Source: Andalucia godoyi And28 (Eukaryota > Protista > Jakobida). Taken from it: a stretch of DNA of 64,000 nucleotides. The notes beneath the pieces are model-generated. The model worked only from the letters and a program-made list of their open reading frames with translations. It did not search any database and was not told the origin of the DNA. Below, piece by piece: positions 1-11,016 of the stretch (within the stretch, counting starts at the first letter, position 1; each line of letters begins with the position of its first letter). Location of the stretch: NCBI GenBank assembly GCA_009859145.1, contig VRVR01000041.1, positions 81,266 to 145,265 on the forward strand, written 5' to 3'. The translations under genes and the position numbers were made by a program.

Positions 1-597
1 GCTCCGAAAGGTGCCTCTGTCATCTTGTACAGAGATGACTCGATTCGAAGATTCCAGTTTTTCGTTTATTCGTCTTGGCCTGGTGGTTTGTTTGCGTCAA
101 GCACCGTTGCTGGGACACGACCTGGAGGTCCGATCGCCTGCGCTTGGGCGACTTTGCACGAACTTGGACAGGATGGGTACATGAAGCAAATGATGTTGTT
201 GATGGAAACTTCCAAGTATTTCCAACAGCAAATTAACTCGATTCCACATCTTCGGGTCTTGGGTGTCCCTTCCATGACGCTTGTCTCCTTCGCGTCAGAT
301 TCAATGAATGTCCATGCAATTGCTGACGCGATGGAATCTCATTTTGGATGGAAGCTTGAGAGACAGCAGAACCCTGCAGCAATACACATGACTGTCATGG
401 CTCCTCACGTCCGAGAACGTGAAAGGATCATGAGTGATCTGAAGAAGGCTGTCGAAATTGTAGAGGCCAATCCCTCACTCCAAAAGGAAGGAAGTGCGGC
501 GATGTACGGCATGGTGGCAACAATACCAGCTGCTGACATTGTTGATTCTTTCCTGGCCTCCTTTTTGTCCCATGTGTACGGCGTTCGGAAATCCTGA
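1..597 (+). CDS. SGPL1: Sphingosine-1-phosphate lyase (PLP-dependent), 5'-partial
   Basis: Frame is open from base 1: APKGASVILYR...WPGGLFASSTVAGTRPGGPIA, with C-terminal QNPAAIHMTV and AAMYGM, typical of S1P lyases. Confidence 0.9.
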   Translation, partial: APKGASVILYRDDSIRRFQFFVYSSWPGGLFASSTVAGTRPGGPIACAWATLHELGQDGYMKQMMLLMETSKYFQQQINSIPHLRVLGVPSMTLVSFASDSMNVHAIADAMESHFGWKLERQQNPAAIHMTVMAPHVRERERIMSDLKKAVEIVEANPSLQKEGSAAMYGMVATIPAADIVDSFLASFLSHVYGVRKS

Positions 598-726
598 GGA
601 AGGTCTGTGACTTCCATGTCCGTACCCAGTGCTGATTCAACGATGAAATAAATGTTTCTGTGAGTGAGCGATCGAGTGAGCGAAAAAAAAGAAAGAAAAG
701 AAAGAAAAAAGGAGCGAGTCAGTGAA

Positions 727-2235
727 TCACTGCCCACAGGTTGAAGCCAGGTACTCTTCCAGCTGCTTTAATGCAGCAGTGTCGAGATCGCACTGTTTCA
801 TGTACCGTTTCAACGCTGACTCGTAAGCACGGAAAAACTGCGCTTCGGAACGTTTTCTTTCAGGAATACCATGCTTGGTGGAAATTGTTTTGGACGAAGG
901 CGTACCCACAGACGGTAGCGATGTTGTTCTGAAACAGAGTCCTTTGGAAACAGACGGATTATGTGATTCCTGAAGATGGCTGCGAGGAGCACTTTTGCAA
1001 TCCACTTTCGGTAGGACTGATCTGTTGAAGTGCCGGAGATCCTCAGGGAGACTGAGCTGCGGCCCCAGCTTGAATACCAAACAATTTTCGCACACAACAA
1101 ATCGAAAGGCATCCACGGATGTGAGATCCGTGGGTGTATCCTCTGCGTGGAAGACTTTGTAGCAAAGATCCTCGCAAACGTTATACAGAAGAGGAGACAA
1201 GCGCAGTTCCCTTCCGACAACATGAAATGATGGAATCGTCTTTAACGACACCATCTGTTTTCTCAACTCGAGAATCGACTGCAGTCTGTTAGCAAGCGGT
1301 TTGAAATCGCAGTTCGTTAAGGAGAAGAGTTCTCGAACGGTTCTGTGGAGGATATCCTGGGCTGTCTTCGGCTCCTTGCAGATCACGCAGTGAGTGCTCT
1401 CGAACGAGATCGGAGCAGATTTTCGGAGCCAAGACGGCGATGATACCTTGTCTTGCACAGGTCTTTCAGGATACTCAGCGGGTTTCGTCTTTAATTCCTC
1501 GCAGCACAGGACAATAATCCTATCGCGATCATCTCGCTGCAAAAAGAGGCTTATGCTGTGCAAGGAGCGTGGCTTATTAAGTAAACTATCAATTCTGTGC
1601 GAAATCGACTCACAAACCAGCGAAATTCTTTTTCGGAAAAAGTCTGAACGGACTGGCTCGCATTCGTACGATGCAGTGGGTGACACGCATTCCTCCGCTG
1701 ATCCCTGCTCAGCTCCAGACGAAGGGGCAATGCGCTTTATGCTATCCACGAGTACCGAATTCGAACTCCACGTGCAGTGAAACAGCTCCAAACGGAGACG
1801 GGTGCTGTCCTCCACAGGTTTGATCAGTTCCTGTACAACTGTATCTCCTTGTTTGAAATCTTTGAACAGCACGTCATGCAGCTGCAGTTTTGTAAGAAGT
1901 TTCGCGACGTACACAGCACTACCGTTACCGTTGACCGCAGGGGAGTACTGAATGGCAACGTATCCGGCAAAACACTCGTGTACCCGCGCACTCACATGAT
2001 TCCAGAACTCTGTCAGCGTTGCATTTTTCTTTCTCTTCTTCTTCAGAGTCCCCTCATGAGTCGATGTAAAGTACCATCCCATCGGAACATTGTTTCCAAA
2101 CACAAAGGTATGTGGTGTCAGAAAGCAGAGATCTGTTTCCGTTCCTGACGTTTTCCGCCACACAGTTTCCAAGAAAGAAGCATTCAAGCGATCCAACGCG
2201 AAAAGAATCATTATGGGTGCGCATTCTTCAACCAC
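727..2235 (-). CDS. Uncharacterised conserved protist protein (start uncertain)
   Basis: 502-aa ORF with globular composition. The WYFTS..G..KK, QELIKP and HCVIC motifs recall an unnamed family seen in flagellated protists (recollection only). Confidence 0.6.
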   Translation of the reverse strand: MVEECAPIMILFALDRLNASFLETVWRKTSGTETDLCFLTPHTFVFGNNVPMGWYFTSTHEGTLKKKRKKNATLTEFWNHVSARVHECFAGYVAIQYSPAVNGNGSAVYVAKLLTKLQLHDVLFKDFKQGDTVVQELIKPVEDSTRLRLELFHCTWSSNSVLVDSIKRIAPSSGAEQGSAEECVSPTASYECEPVRSDFFRKRISLVCESISHRIDSLLNKPRSLHSISLFLQRDDRDRIIVLCCEELKTKPAEYPERPVQDKVSSPSWLRKSAPISFESTHCVICKEPKTAQDILHRTVRELFSLTNCDFKPLANRLQSILELRKQMVSLKTIPSFHVVGRELRLSPLLYNVCEDLCYKVFHAEDTPTDLTSVDAFRFVVCENCLVFKLGPQLSLPEDLRHFNRSVLPKVDCKSAPRSHLQESHNPSVSKGLCFRTTSLPSVGTPSSKTISTKHGIPERKRSEAQFFRAYESALKRYMKQCDLDTAALKQLEEYLASTCGQ

Positions 2236-2490
2236 ATGAAAAGAATTCGGTTATCGACCAGCGACATCACTCGCAAGTCGAAGCAGTACGAGCAGACATG
2301 TGCAGCAATGTTTCGAAAGAGAAAACTGCTGTATGAAAGAAAGAGGTGCTCGGGTGTTCTTTTCGACAGCTTCCGACAATCAACCCCTCACCCTTGTGTT
2401 GACAATTGAAGCTGATAAGTGCTGCTGGCCTTCTGGATTCCTGCATTTTCGATTCTATTTTCACGCTGAAAATGCAAAAAATACACACAC

Positions 2491-5373
2491 ATGTACTTCA
2501 AAAACATATCATGGCAACAGCCGCGAAAGCCAAACGGTGATCCTCGCAATGCTCCGGACCGTCCAAATGGTTTGTCGAAAGCCGCAAGTTTTTCAAATTC
2601 AGGAGATAGGTTTGTGGTGGTTATCTCTCCCTCAGATTCTGAAGGTGGGAGTAGCGATGATGCAAGTGAACCTGCTTCTACTTCTGCTTCTTGCCGTCGT
2701 GCTACTGACAACATAGAAGATGCTGCTCAATTATCTGGAGGAGATCATCTTTCCCCTTCCGACGCGCAGTCTCGCCTCGCCGCTGCAATCGAAAAGGAAA
2801 TGCAGCGAGTTCGTTCCATGGATGATTCCGCAGATCGAGAGCGTTCAACTTCTCCAGTTTCAGCACCGCCATTGTCGGAGCGAGAACACAGATACCGGAA
2901 TGACTCCAATAGACCTTCCTATTCCAGAAAACGACAGTTCGTGAGAAATCACTATCCTTCACACAAATTTCGGCGCGTCCCTTCCGACTTTATCCGCAGG
3001 CCGTCTTTGCTGTCGGTCATTCAGCTAAATGGAAGTTCTGCAGTATCGGACGAATACACAAGATTAGAAGAACGACTGAAATTTCTGTATGAAAGGGAGG
3101 ACCGCGTTGGAACACTGCTGAAATCTATTCAGGACGAAATCAACGCAGTACAATCCTCTGTGGACGAACTTGAGAAACGTGCCTGGTCTGAGTGGGATCG
3201 AAAAGAACATGGCGAGAAACCTGGGTCTTCTACAACCTTTTTGGATGGGCATGCTTCGAGTGATTCTACCGCTGCTGCCTTAATATCTCCAAGTGTGGAC
3301 GTGATGCAGGATGTCATGGTCGAACCGGATTTGATCCTTGCTCAACTCCGAGAGCTGAAAGGACGAACTGATCGCGCAGCGAAAATTTGCGTCGAGGATT
3401 CGAATCTCATAGGTTGTGCAGATCCTGAGGGTCGATCGCGGATCAATGATGAACAGCTTGACAATGGGTTATCACCGGGCTCGGTTGTGATGGATACTGC
3501 GCAGGATCTTGTGACGCAACAATCCACCCTTGTGGCTCCACAAGCCCACCCTCTGAATGATGGGCCTTCCAAGAATCCGGAACGCTTCCAAGGTCTTCCT
3601 GTTGCCCTTCACGAACTGCAAGCAGAGTTGAGATGTTTATTTGACAATCATGCGAATTCCCTTTGTCACCGGATATTTTTGTTCGACGAAATCGATTTAG
3701 TGTCGCTTACATCGTTTTCTTCGAGTTTCTCGAACAGCGTTTCGACATCATGCTTGTCCGTTCTCACAGACAGTCAAGTTCCTCGAACCATCCCGTCCGC
3801 TCCATATTGCCCATTGACGCTGCGAACACATTGCAATCCTTCTTCTTTTTTGGAACGCCCGTTGTGCAAGTTTGAGCACATTGGAACGTGCTTGAGCTCA
3901 TCTTGCAAAAGTTTGCATAATCGAGAAATCAGCAATGAGGAACTTTCGTGTCCTCGAACATTCGGATGCGACACGTCAGCAAAAACTGTTCGCGATGGAG
4001 ATGATCTTCGCTCGTTTTTGATTATGCTTGCTTCTGTGCTGAACTCCGGGTGTTCAGATGGTAGTATATGGTGTGCATATATTGATCTTTTGCATGTGAG
4101 TGGGGATCCTGTAATGTGGGACATCGTCCTTGACCGCGCACTCCAATGCACGGGTTTTGATCGGCGGGTTGTTCTTCGAGCGTTCTTTCACGATGCTTCC
4201 AAGTACCACGATTTGATGGTCTCCACATTCTCCGTGTGTCATGTGTTTGTGATCCAGAAGTGGAACGCCGAGCGTCGCATGCTGGGCAAATCGTTGTTGG
4301 AAGCAGTGTTGCTGGAATGGGACAGAAGCGACTGGTCATCGTCTGTCGACGTCAGACATCTTGTTTGGGCATGCCTTGTAGCCACCTATCTGGACCTTCA
4401 ACATCCCTCGACATTTCCGTTTGATGTCCAGTTAGATAGTTTTCCTTTCATTCTTCCGTCGTTTCCGCCCTCTGAGTCCGGTTCTGATGTTCATGATTTC
4501 CTCTGTTCTTGCTGCGAGAGGATATTCAAAGTCTGCCGGACTGATGTGGCGCTCATCCTAGCATGCTCCATTTTCGTTCTGCTGTGTCATGTTCGGCCAC
4601 CCCTGTCTTTCCGAGAACGCATTCGGGGTCTGCTGCATTCCTGCGCTGGCCTGGCTTCCCTTCCGCAGGCGTGGCTGGCATACGTCGAGTTGGAAGGCTT
4701 CTGGGGCATGACTGCATCTTCTTCCAAGCGGTTTATGGATCATTTGCATGGATGGTTCATGTTTAAGGAAGGAGAACACATTTCGGCATCAGATATTCGT
4801 GTGACCCTCGTGCTTTCCGGCATCGCTCAGCAGTTGCAAGACGTGGATGCAAATCGAGAATCTCTGCTGGTTTTGATCTCCTCTCTACCTTCTTGCGAAA
4901 ATCTGTGTATCAGACTTCTTCGAGAGGTAGTGTTTGCTGTTCTTAGTGGTGCGAAGGAGGAAGATGCGGAATCAAAGTTCATCAGTTTGCTGAGGGCAGC
5001 ATCGCCCCTGGAGAAGCCATGGGTGCATTTTCAAATGAGTTTGTTTTATTGGACATCATCGCGACTGCGTAGTGTGGCTCCAGTGTCATTGGCTCCGTCT
5101 CTAGCCGTGTCGGGAAATCATGAACTTACAGACTCGGCTAACAAATTTCTGCCAATTCAGGGTTCGTGGATTTGCAGGGCGTTGGCCTCTCGATTTTCTG
5201 GATTTCCGTTTTATGAATACTTTTTGTTTGCAGAGCATGCTATTGGTTTGCTGCAACGGGAGTGGTGGCTTTCGTTGGGGAATGCGTGGGCCTCTCGTGA
5301 CCGCATTCGAATGGGCAACACTGCTTCGCCTCAATACGAAAAGTTGTTGCGGTTTTTGCAGGAATCATTTTGA
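2491..5373 (+). CDS. ZFC3H1/Red1-like C3H1 zinc-finger protein with C-terminal HAT/TPR-like helices
   Basis: 960-aa ORF: RS-rich disordered N-terminus, coiled coil, PLCKFEHIGTCLSSSCKSLH finger, and helical repeats (IWCAYIDL, AWLAYVELE). Confidence 0.55.
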   Translation: MYFKNISWQQPRKPNGDPRNAPDRPNGLSKAASFSNSGDRFVVVISPSDSEGGSSDDASEPASTSASCRRATDNIEDAAQLSGGDHLSPSDAQSRLAAAIEKEMQRVRSMDDSADRERSTSPVSAPPLSEREHRYRNDSNRPSYSRKRQFVRNHYPSHKFRRVPSDFIRRPSLLSVIQLNGSSAVSDEYTRLEERLKFLYEREDRVGTLLKSIQDEINAVQSSVDELEKRAWSEWDRKEHGEKPGSSTTFLDGHASSDSTAAALISPSVDVMQDVMVEPDLILAQLRELKGRTDRAAKICVEDSNLIGCADPEGRSRINDEQLDNGLSPGSVVMDTAQDLVTQQSTLVAPQAHPLNDGPSKNPERFQGLPVALHELQAELRCLFDNHANSLCHRIFLFDEIDLVSLTSFSSSFSNSVSTSCLSVLTDSQVPRTIPSAPYCPLTLRTHCNPSSFLERPLCKFEHIGTCLSSSCKSLHNREISNEELSCPRTFGCDTSAKTVRDGDDLRSFLIMLASVLNSGCSDGSIWCAYIDLLHVSGDPVMWDIVLDRALQCTGFDRRVVLRAFFHDASKYHDLMVSTFSVCHVFVIQKWNAERRMLGKSLLEAVLLEWDRSDWSSSVDVRHLVWACLVATYLDLQHPSTFPFDVQLDSFPFILPSFPPSESGSDVHDFLCSCCERIFKVCRTDVALILACSIFVLLCHVRPPLSFRERIRGLLHSCAGLASLPQAWLAYVELEGFWGMTASSSKRFMDHLHGWFMFKEGEHISASDIRVTLVLSGIAQQLQDVDANRESLLVLISSLPSCENLCIRLLREVVFAVLSGAKEEDAESKFISLLRAASPLEKPWVHFQMSLFYWTSSRLRSVAPVSLAPSLAVSGNHELTDSANKFLPIQGSWICRALASRFSGFPFYEYFLFAEHAIGLLQREWWLSLGNAWASRDRIRMGNTASPQYEKLLRFLQESF

Positions 5374-5537
5374 ACAAAGTATAATGTTTTAAAAATCTTG
5401 CAGGTAAATCAAGGAAAACATTGTCACACTCTAACTTCGCTTGCTTTGCTTTTCTTTTTTTTTAATACTGCATCAGACAGAGGCGGGGAGAAAGAACCAC
5501 TTCGTGGTGCCAGAATCAACGAAAGGATATCTTCCTC

Positions 5538-6012
5538 TCAATATCCGGCGAGAAACTTCTGAAGAAATTCGCTTCGACGACGTTCAGTCTCGCGCATTGG
5601 AGCCGAAAGGGTCTCTTCAATTGGGAAATACTTCAAAAGAGTCGTTCGCGGCTTCCACTGGCGAAGAGTTTCTTCAACTTCTTGCTTACCTTTGAAGACC
5701 AACATATCCACAACGGCTGCATCACGAATACCTGGATGTTTCCGGAACTCCTTTCTCAGCAGGGCGCGCATGTCGGACTCGGGGAGGTCCACCTGATAGA
5801 TTTTTCTGACATATGGAACGCATCGCATCACCTACGAAACAAAAAACAAAAAGGATAGAAAGGGAAAGGGACGAAAAGGAAGAACGATGGGGAAAAAAAT
5901 GAGTTCATGAACTTCACAAGATCGACGTTTTCAAATTTGAGCATACTTCTCGATACAGCGATCGCACATGAGTTTGCGCTTCCGATAGAGACGACGAAAG
6001 TCTAGTGGCCAT
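5538..6012 (-). CDS. NDUFA6: Complex I LYR subunit NDUFA6/B14; two exons (6012-5947, 5831-5538) with phase-0 intron 5946-5832 (GTATGC...TAG)
   Basis: Spliced product MATRLSSSLSEAQTHVRSLYRE|VMRCVPY...VVDMLVFKGKQEVEETLRQWKPRT...EFLQKFLAGY matches the NDUFA6 pattern. Confidence 0.9.
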
Positions 6013-6371
6013 TCTCACCAACTATGATGAAAGTAAAAAAATCGGATTCAAGACGACGGAAGAACCAACTCGCTGGGCGCAACAAAAGTGAAAAATGAAA
6101 AGGAGCCAGACAGAAATCAAAAAGAAAAACAATGCCTGCGCAAATCCACACAAGTTCACTCGGCAACAGCCAGACTACGATCGATGTTGTCGTCAGGTCG
6201 AAAGATCGAATAGTACCACCAAAAAATTAAAGATAATGACAGGAAAACAGTGGGCAAACACCGAAAGGAATGCTCGTTTACAATATAACCAGAAGCAGAC
6301 CAACTTGGAGAAACACAGGATGATCCGACCACCAGTGAATGGCATAAATAAAGTGCAGACAATTCGGAATC

Positions 6372-6869
6372 TCACTGTATTCCGTGCAAAACAGAAGAAG
6401 CATCCGTGCACACAAACTGACCGGGATTTTCGATGTTGAAGCACACTATTTTTCCAGACAAAACCTGAATGGCAAAGCGGCGGCATCGAGTACCCATTCC
6501 ATACGCAGAGGAGTCATTTGACACTCCGAGGAATCGAGTGAATACCGCGTTTCCGTCAGAAAGGAACTGGATTGACGAGGCTTCAGCACCGAACGTCTGC
6601 TTCCAAGCATCCATGACAAACGGATCATTCACGGAGACCACCGCAACCTTGATCCCCTTGTCCTGAAAATCCTTCAAGGCAGAAATGTAACCCGGAACGT
6701 GTTTGCGAGAACACGTAGGAGTAAATGCTCCAGGAACACCAACAACGACAACAGAGGAATTTGCAGGGAACAAGTCGCCGGTCTTCACCTCGCAGACTCC
6801 AGCATCAGTCAGTTCAAAGAGCACAATGTCTCCTGGAATTTCAGTTCCAACAGCAACAGGCGTAGACAT
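6372..6869 (-). CDS. PRDX5: Type II peroxiredoxin (PRDX5/Redoxin family). The ORF stays open to 7124, so an N-terminal extension is possible.
   Basis: GVPGAFTPTCSRKHVPGY peroxidatic motif, VSVNDPFVMDAW, RCRRFA. Confidence 0.9.
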   Translation of the reverse strand: MSTPVAVGTEIPGDIVLFELTDAGVCEVKTGDLFPANSSVVVVGVPGAFTPTCSRKHVPGYISALKDFQDKGIKVAVVSVNDPFVMDAWKQTFGAEASSIQFLSDGNAVFTRFLGVSNDSSAYGMGTRCRRFAIQVLSGKIVCFNIENPGQFVCTDASSVLHGIQ

Positions 6870-7979
6870 CCCAAACCAGTTTCTTACAACCCTGAGTGGC
6901 TGCTTCAATACAAGGGTGCTCAAAACCAACGCAAAGTGCTCGCCACTCCACCAGGCCTCTTTCGCACGCACGAGGATTTCGCAACCGTCAAACATGATGC
7001 TATGAAGTGATGCAAGAATGTACAGAGTCGATTCGTTCTTCGTGGGAATACTACGGCAGCAGAACGAAACGCGTTTCATTAGTGTCGACAATCTCACTTG
7101 CAAGAGTATCCACGGAACACACAAGGCTGACGTCCCAACTGGTGATTCGAGAACAGTGGGGAAATCGTTTCAGGAAGAGACAAAATTCTTTCGATAAACA
7201 AAGGGGGGAATGAACGAGAGCCGCTGCAGTCAGAAAGAAACGAACAAAGACTGGGCGGTGATTCGAAAGTCAACGGAAGAAACACAATCAACAAGAGAAT
7301 CAGGAAAGTACAAAGGGTTTCTGGTGCATTTCAAACCGGAAGCTGTGAAGCTCGGTCGTGAGGACAAAATGCAAGACAGTACCAGAAGATCTTGAAAAGC
7401 ACACAGCTGGAGCATACTTAAAAATAATCACCTATTTGTATTTTTAAAAACGAGAAGAAAACAGTAAAACGCTCGCGTCGGGCTTGCTAGGAGTGCAGAA
7501 AACAAAGGAGAGGGCGAAGAATGAAACGGGAACCTCATCACAGTTCATACAATTCTTGAGCGCTCCTTGGACGCGACTCTCTAACAAAAACAGAGAAAAC
7601 CTGACAGACTGCATAGTTGTCAGCTCACTGGACATTCTCCTAAACATATCTTTCGGGAATTAAAACAATGCGATTTATCACGAATTACAGGGACGAATGA
7701 AACGCTGTCTGTCTGAGGAGTGATGCATCTTTTCCCTTAGAAAATTTGGTGGAACCCAGGGAGACGGACCACGGATAGCCAACAGGTGTCTTTTATGCGA
7801 TCCAGAACTTTCGCGGAAGTGGCAAACAGAGGCAGTCTTGACAGCGACCACTTGGTGTGCCACTAGCAATGGAGAATGGAGAGGCTTCAGGGTGTGTCCG
7901 GATGCGAAGAATCCAAAACTGCGAAAAGCAAACACGGCGACCGATGCTCAGTGAGAACAGGAAGATAAGCACTTAATTT

Positions 7980-9013
7980 CGACTTCCACAAGTCACGACG
8001 AGAAACTGGAATTCGACATCGGCGCAATCCGAAGGAGCCTCTATAATGAAGATTTGAGGAACCGCCACGACAAAGAGGATCGGCAACAGTTTTATGAGGG
8101 TCACTGGGCCCGGGAGTTCGCAGTGTGATGCAAAGTCCACCACAGCAGAATATCTGTATGAGACAGTGTACGGTGCCACCCAGTTTGATCAGTCAGCATT
8201 TTTGCAAATTTCTTATCACGAAACCCTTTCTGCGTTAGATCATGCGCAGCTTAATTAACAGGAGCGATCCACAGAGATTGTAGTGGTATTAAACATACCG
8301 TCTTTGATTCGCTGTACAAATTTCAAGATGGTCATTTCCGTCTGATGACTGAGTTCTGGATCTCGTGAGCGGTTCTGGACAATTCAGGTGAATGGGAATG
8401 CGGATCGACAACCGTCTGCTGAAGTTTGAAAGACCACTGATCATCGAACTTCTCTTCTGTGAACGTGTCGATGTGCAGATGACGTTAAATATTCGTTCAT
8501 CTGTTTTTCTTTTTTGAAAAACAGTCTTGACGGAGCTCCCTTCATTTCATGCACCTTACGTCGCTCTCGACAGCATATTGGATGTATTTGATAAAAAAGA
8601 AAAATGATAATACTGTCTGGCAACGGAATTTTTATTGGACCGAGTGTTTCTGGCGGCCAAATTATGTTTTTTGAGATTTGCTCTCGCCCTCCCCTGCTAT
8701 TCCGTATGAATCAACGAAATGCATGCTGCTTTTTTAAATCAGGTGCATCAGCAGTTTTTGTATCACGAGGATCTCTGATGGAAGCTCGTGTTCTTACACG
8801 ACATTCGTTTCCCTCAGGATATTGTCCGGTTCGCTCCCTTGCTACAGCTTGAATTTTTTTTTGCCTTCCCTCCCGCTTTTTTTTTGAACTGATGTTTTCC
8901 GAATTTAGTAGTTGCCATGTCGGCGCGTTTGTATAACGCCTGGCGCCTCGGTTTTCGCTCTGGATCCACTGTCCCGTCCGTCCTAATGCACAGGTGCATT
9001 GCTGAATGGGCAA
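7980..9013 (-). pseudogene. Decayed TnpB/Fanzor2-like relic (copy 1)
   Basis: Ordered degenerate motifs across three frames: GARRYTNA 8947-8924, DPRDTKTADAPDLKK 8773-8729, WPPETLGPIKIPLP 8659-8618, TVVDP 8415-8401, IQNSV 8361-8347, KTVCLIP 8304-8284, FAKMLT....WH 8208-8173, RRDL 8000-7989. Confidence 0.5.
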
Positions 9014-9322
9014 GCTGCAGTTCTTCCGTGTGCCTTCCGTGTGCCTGGACTGAACTGTCTTTTTCTTTTGTTCCCTTGTTTGTTAGTTGTTTCCTTTTGG
9101 ACCATTAGTACTGCTGGTCTTATCCGCTCGCCTTGGCATGGATGGCGGTCTCACATAAGCTTTTTTTCGAGACTGGCATTGGCGGTCGCGGTTATTGGAG
9201 TCGCTCGTGATTTCTCAGCAAAATTCTATTTACAAGATTTACGGCACCAAAAACCTAATAAAGTCAGTACAAACGGCGCGCCAGTTGGCGTGTTGCGAAC
9301 CTGTACACAAAAGCGTAGTGAA

Positions 9323-10498
9323 TTACAGCTTTGATGCGAGTATTTCCGTTAATTTAGATGTGTTCCATTTCTTAATGCGATCGATGAGCATGAGGTCAAG
9401 GTTGGTATCATTCGGATCAGTCATGGAGTAAAGATTAGGAGTCAAGCATGTTGCGATGGCTTGCGGATTCATTCGATTCTGAACTTCGTATGAGCACACA
9501 AATGCCATGAATGACATCAAGTAGTAAAACCACGAATCGTAAGTGAGTCCCAACAAATCCCATCCGCGTTCCTCATACATGGCAAAACGGTTCCGATCAA
9601 ACAGGCCAAGAGGTTTTGCATCCATAGGGAGTTCTCGTAGCCACAATTTGATCAGCCCCGGCACGATGTGGGGATCCTTGGCAATGCACAAGTCAAACTG
9701 CGGATTCGGTAACCCGCTTTCAAGGAGTAGTCTGGCTTCCTGCATCATGTCTCCCGAGGCAGACTTTCGAAATGTACCCTCAAACTCATACATTTTTGAT
9801 GACGTGTACGTCTTACATAAGCTAGAGAGCACGACAGGAACCCTGCACTTATGGAGTGTCACCGGAGATACCTCAATAGTTGAATCCAAAAATTCAGGAG
9901 AAACGCCAAAAACCGAAGGAGCAACCGAGATTTTGCATACCAAAAAGAGGTGAATATGTGTATCTAATGTAAGCACAACAACGTCAGACAATGTCCCACC
10001 CTTCAATGCTGTCACGCCCACAAGAAATTTTTCTTTTGCGGCCCTTTTCAAGCATGCAGACGAAGGGATTGAAAAGGAAATACCAGAAGGAGGAATACAG
10101 TTATCTTGAGTGGGGAGAGTATCTGATAATGCTCGGACAGTGAATGATACGGACCTCTTGGACTTGTTGCTAACATGGACCTCGTCGGTGAGGGAACATC
10201 GAACAGAGTGACAGCTAGAATCTCCAAATAACGAATAGCTCTTGCATTTGATAACTGGCATTCTCGACGATGTTGCCGTCTGGGAAGTCGTATGGCCATG
10301 GCGAGTAAACGTCACTCCTGTGTACTCCGATAGTGCTCTGTCCTGGTGCGCTTCTAACTCGGCAGGAGAAAGGCCAGTAATGACTTCTCTCAAGCGCTGA
10401 GCTAACTCGCAAGGGATGAAGGAGTTTCCATAAGATGCGACCAACAGCGACACCGGCGGCGACGGAAGCACGCGTCTGATTTCAGTTCCCGATAACAT
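9323..10498 (-). CDS. RhoGAP-domain protein with N-terminal Ig-like beta domain
   Basis: DPHIVPGLIKLWLRELP and NRMNPQAIATCLTPNL are RhoGAP signature segments. Confidence 0.8.
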   Translation of the reverse strand: MLSGTEIRRVLPSPPVSLLVASYGNSFIPCELAQRLREVITGLSPAELEAHQDRALSEYTGVTFTRHGHTTSQTATSSRMPVIKCKSYSLFGDSSCHSVRCSLTDEVHVSNKSKRSVSFTVRALSDTLPTQDNCIPPSGISFSIPSSACLKRAAKEKFLVGVTALKGGTLSDVVVLTLDTHIHLFLVCKISVAPSVFGVSPEFLDSTIEVSPVTLHKCRVPVVLSSLCKTYTSSKMYEFEGTFRKSASGDMMQEARLLLESGLPNPQFDLCIAKDPHIVPGLIKLWLRELPMDAKPLGLFDRNRFAMYEERGWDLLGLTYDSWFYYLMSFMAFVCSYEVQNRMNPQAIATCLTPNLYSMTDPNDTNLDLMLIDRIKKWNTSKLTEILASKL

Positions 10499-11016
10499 GG
10501 AGACACATCCAGCTTCCCACAGGCTGCCTATCAGGGGTTGGCAGATAAATAAGACCGATAGACTGGATTAATATCAGCGCCGTGGAGGGTCAGAGGTAAT
10601 CGCGAACGTGCCAACAGAAGGGAAAAAAAACAGTGCTAGCGGTAGTGCAGTGATGTGCAGTTTTATTTTGTGCACTTGGTTAGGTACCTGTTCGTGTCCG
10701 GATGGGGTTCACTCCTTCAGCCTTCCTGATTCATCCGTGATTCCTCTCTTTTCTTTTCTTTCATTACGTCAGGACAATTCTCGGGTCGATGTTTGTCGAA
10801 TCTTCGGATCGGAAGCTCGGCCCAAGCGAATTGTCGAATGACCGAACTGAAGTTCAAGTCAACAGGCTTTCCATTTCCCACGAATTTGGTTTCCATTATT
10901 TCGGCTTTCTATTCCCCCACACACAAACGCCACGTCTTGCTTTCTTCAGATTTAAGCTCTGGATAGCTTATCGTCTCCTGTCAAATTCCTTGTAACCTCT
11001 GCGAGTGAAGTCCACC

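Noticed and set aside
7742-8128. Plus-strand frame with one internal TGA (possible selenoprotein)
   Set aside because: There is no CxxU-like context, no ATG and no convincing SECIS downstream, and it partly overlaps the antisense strand of relic 1.
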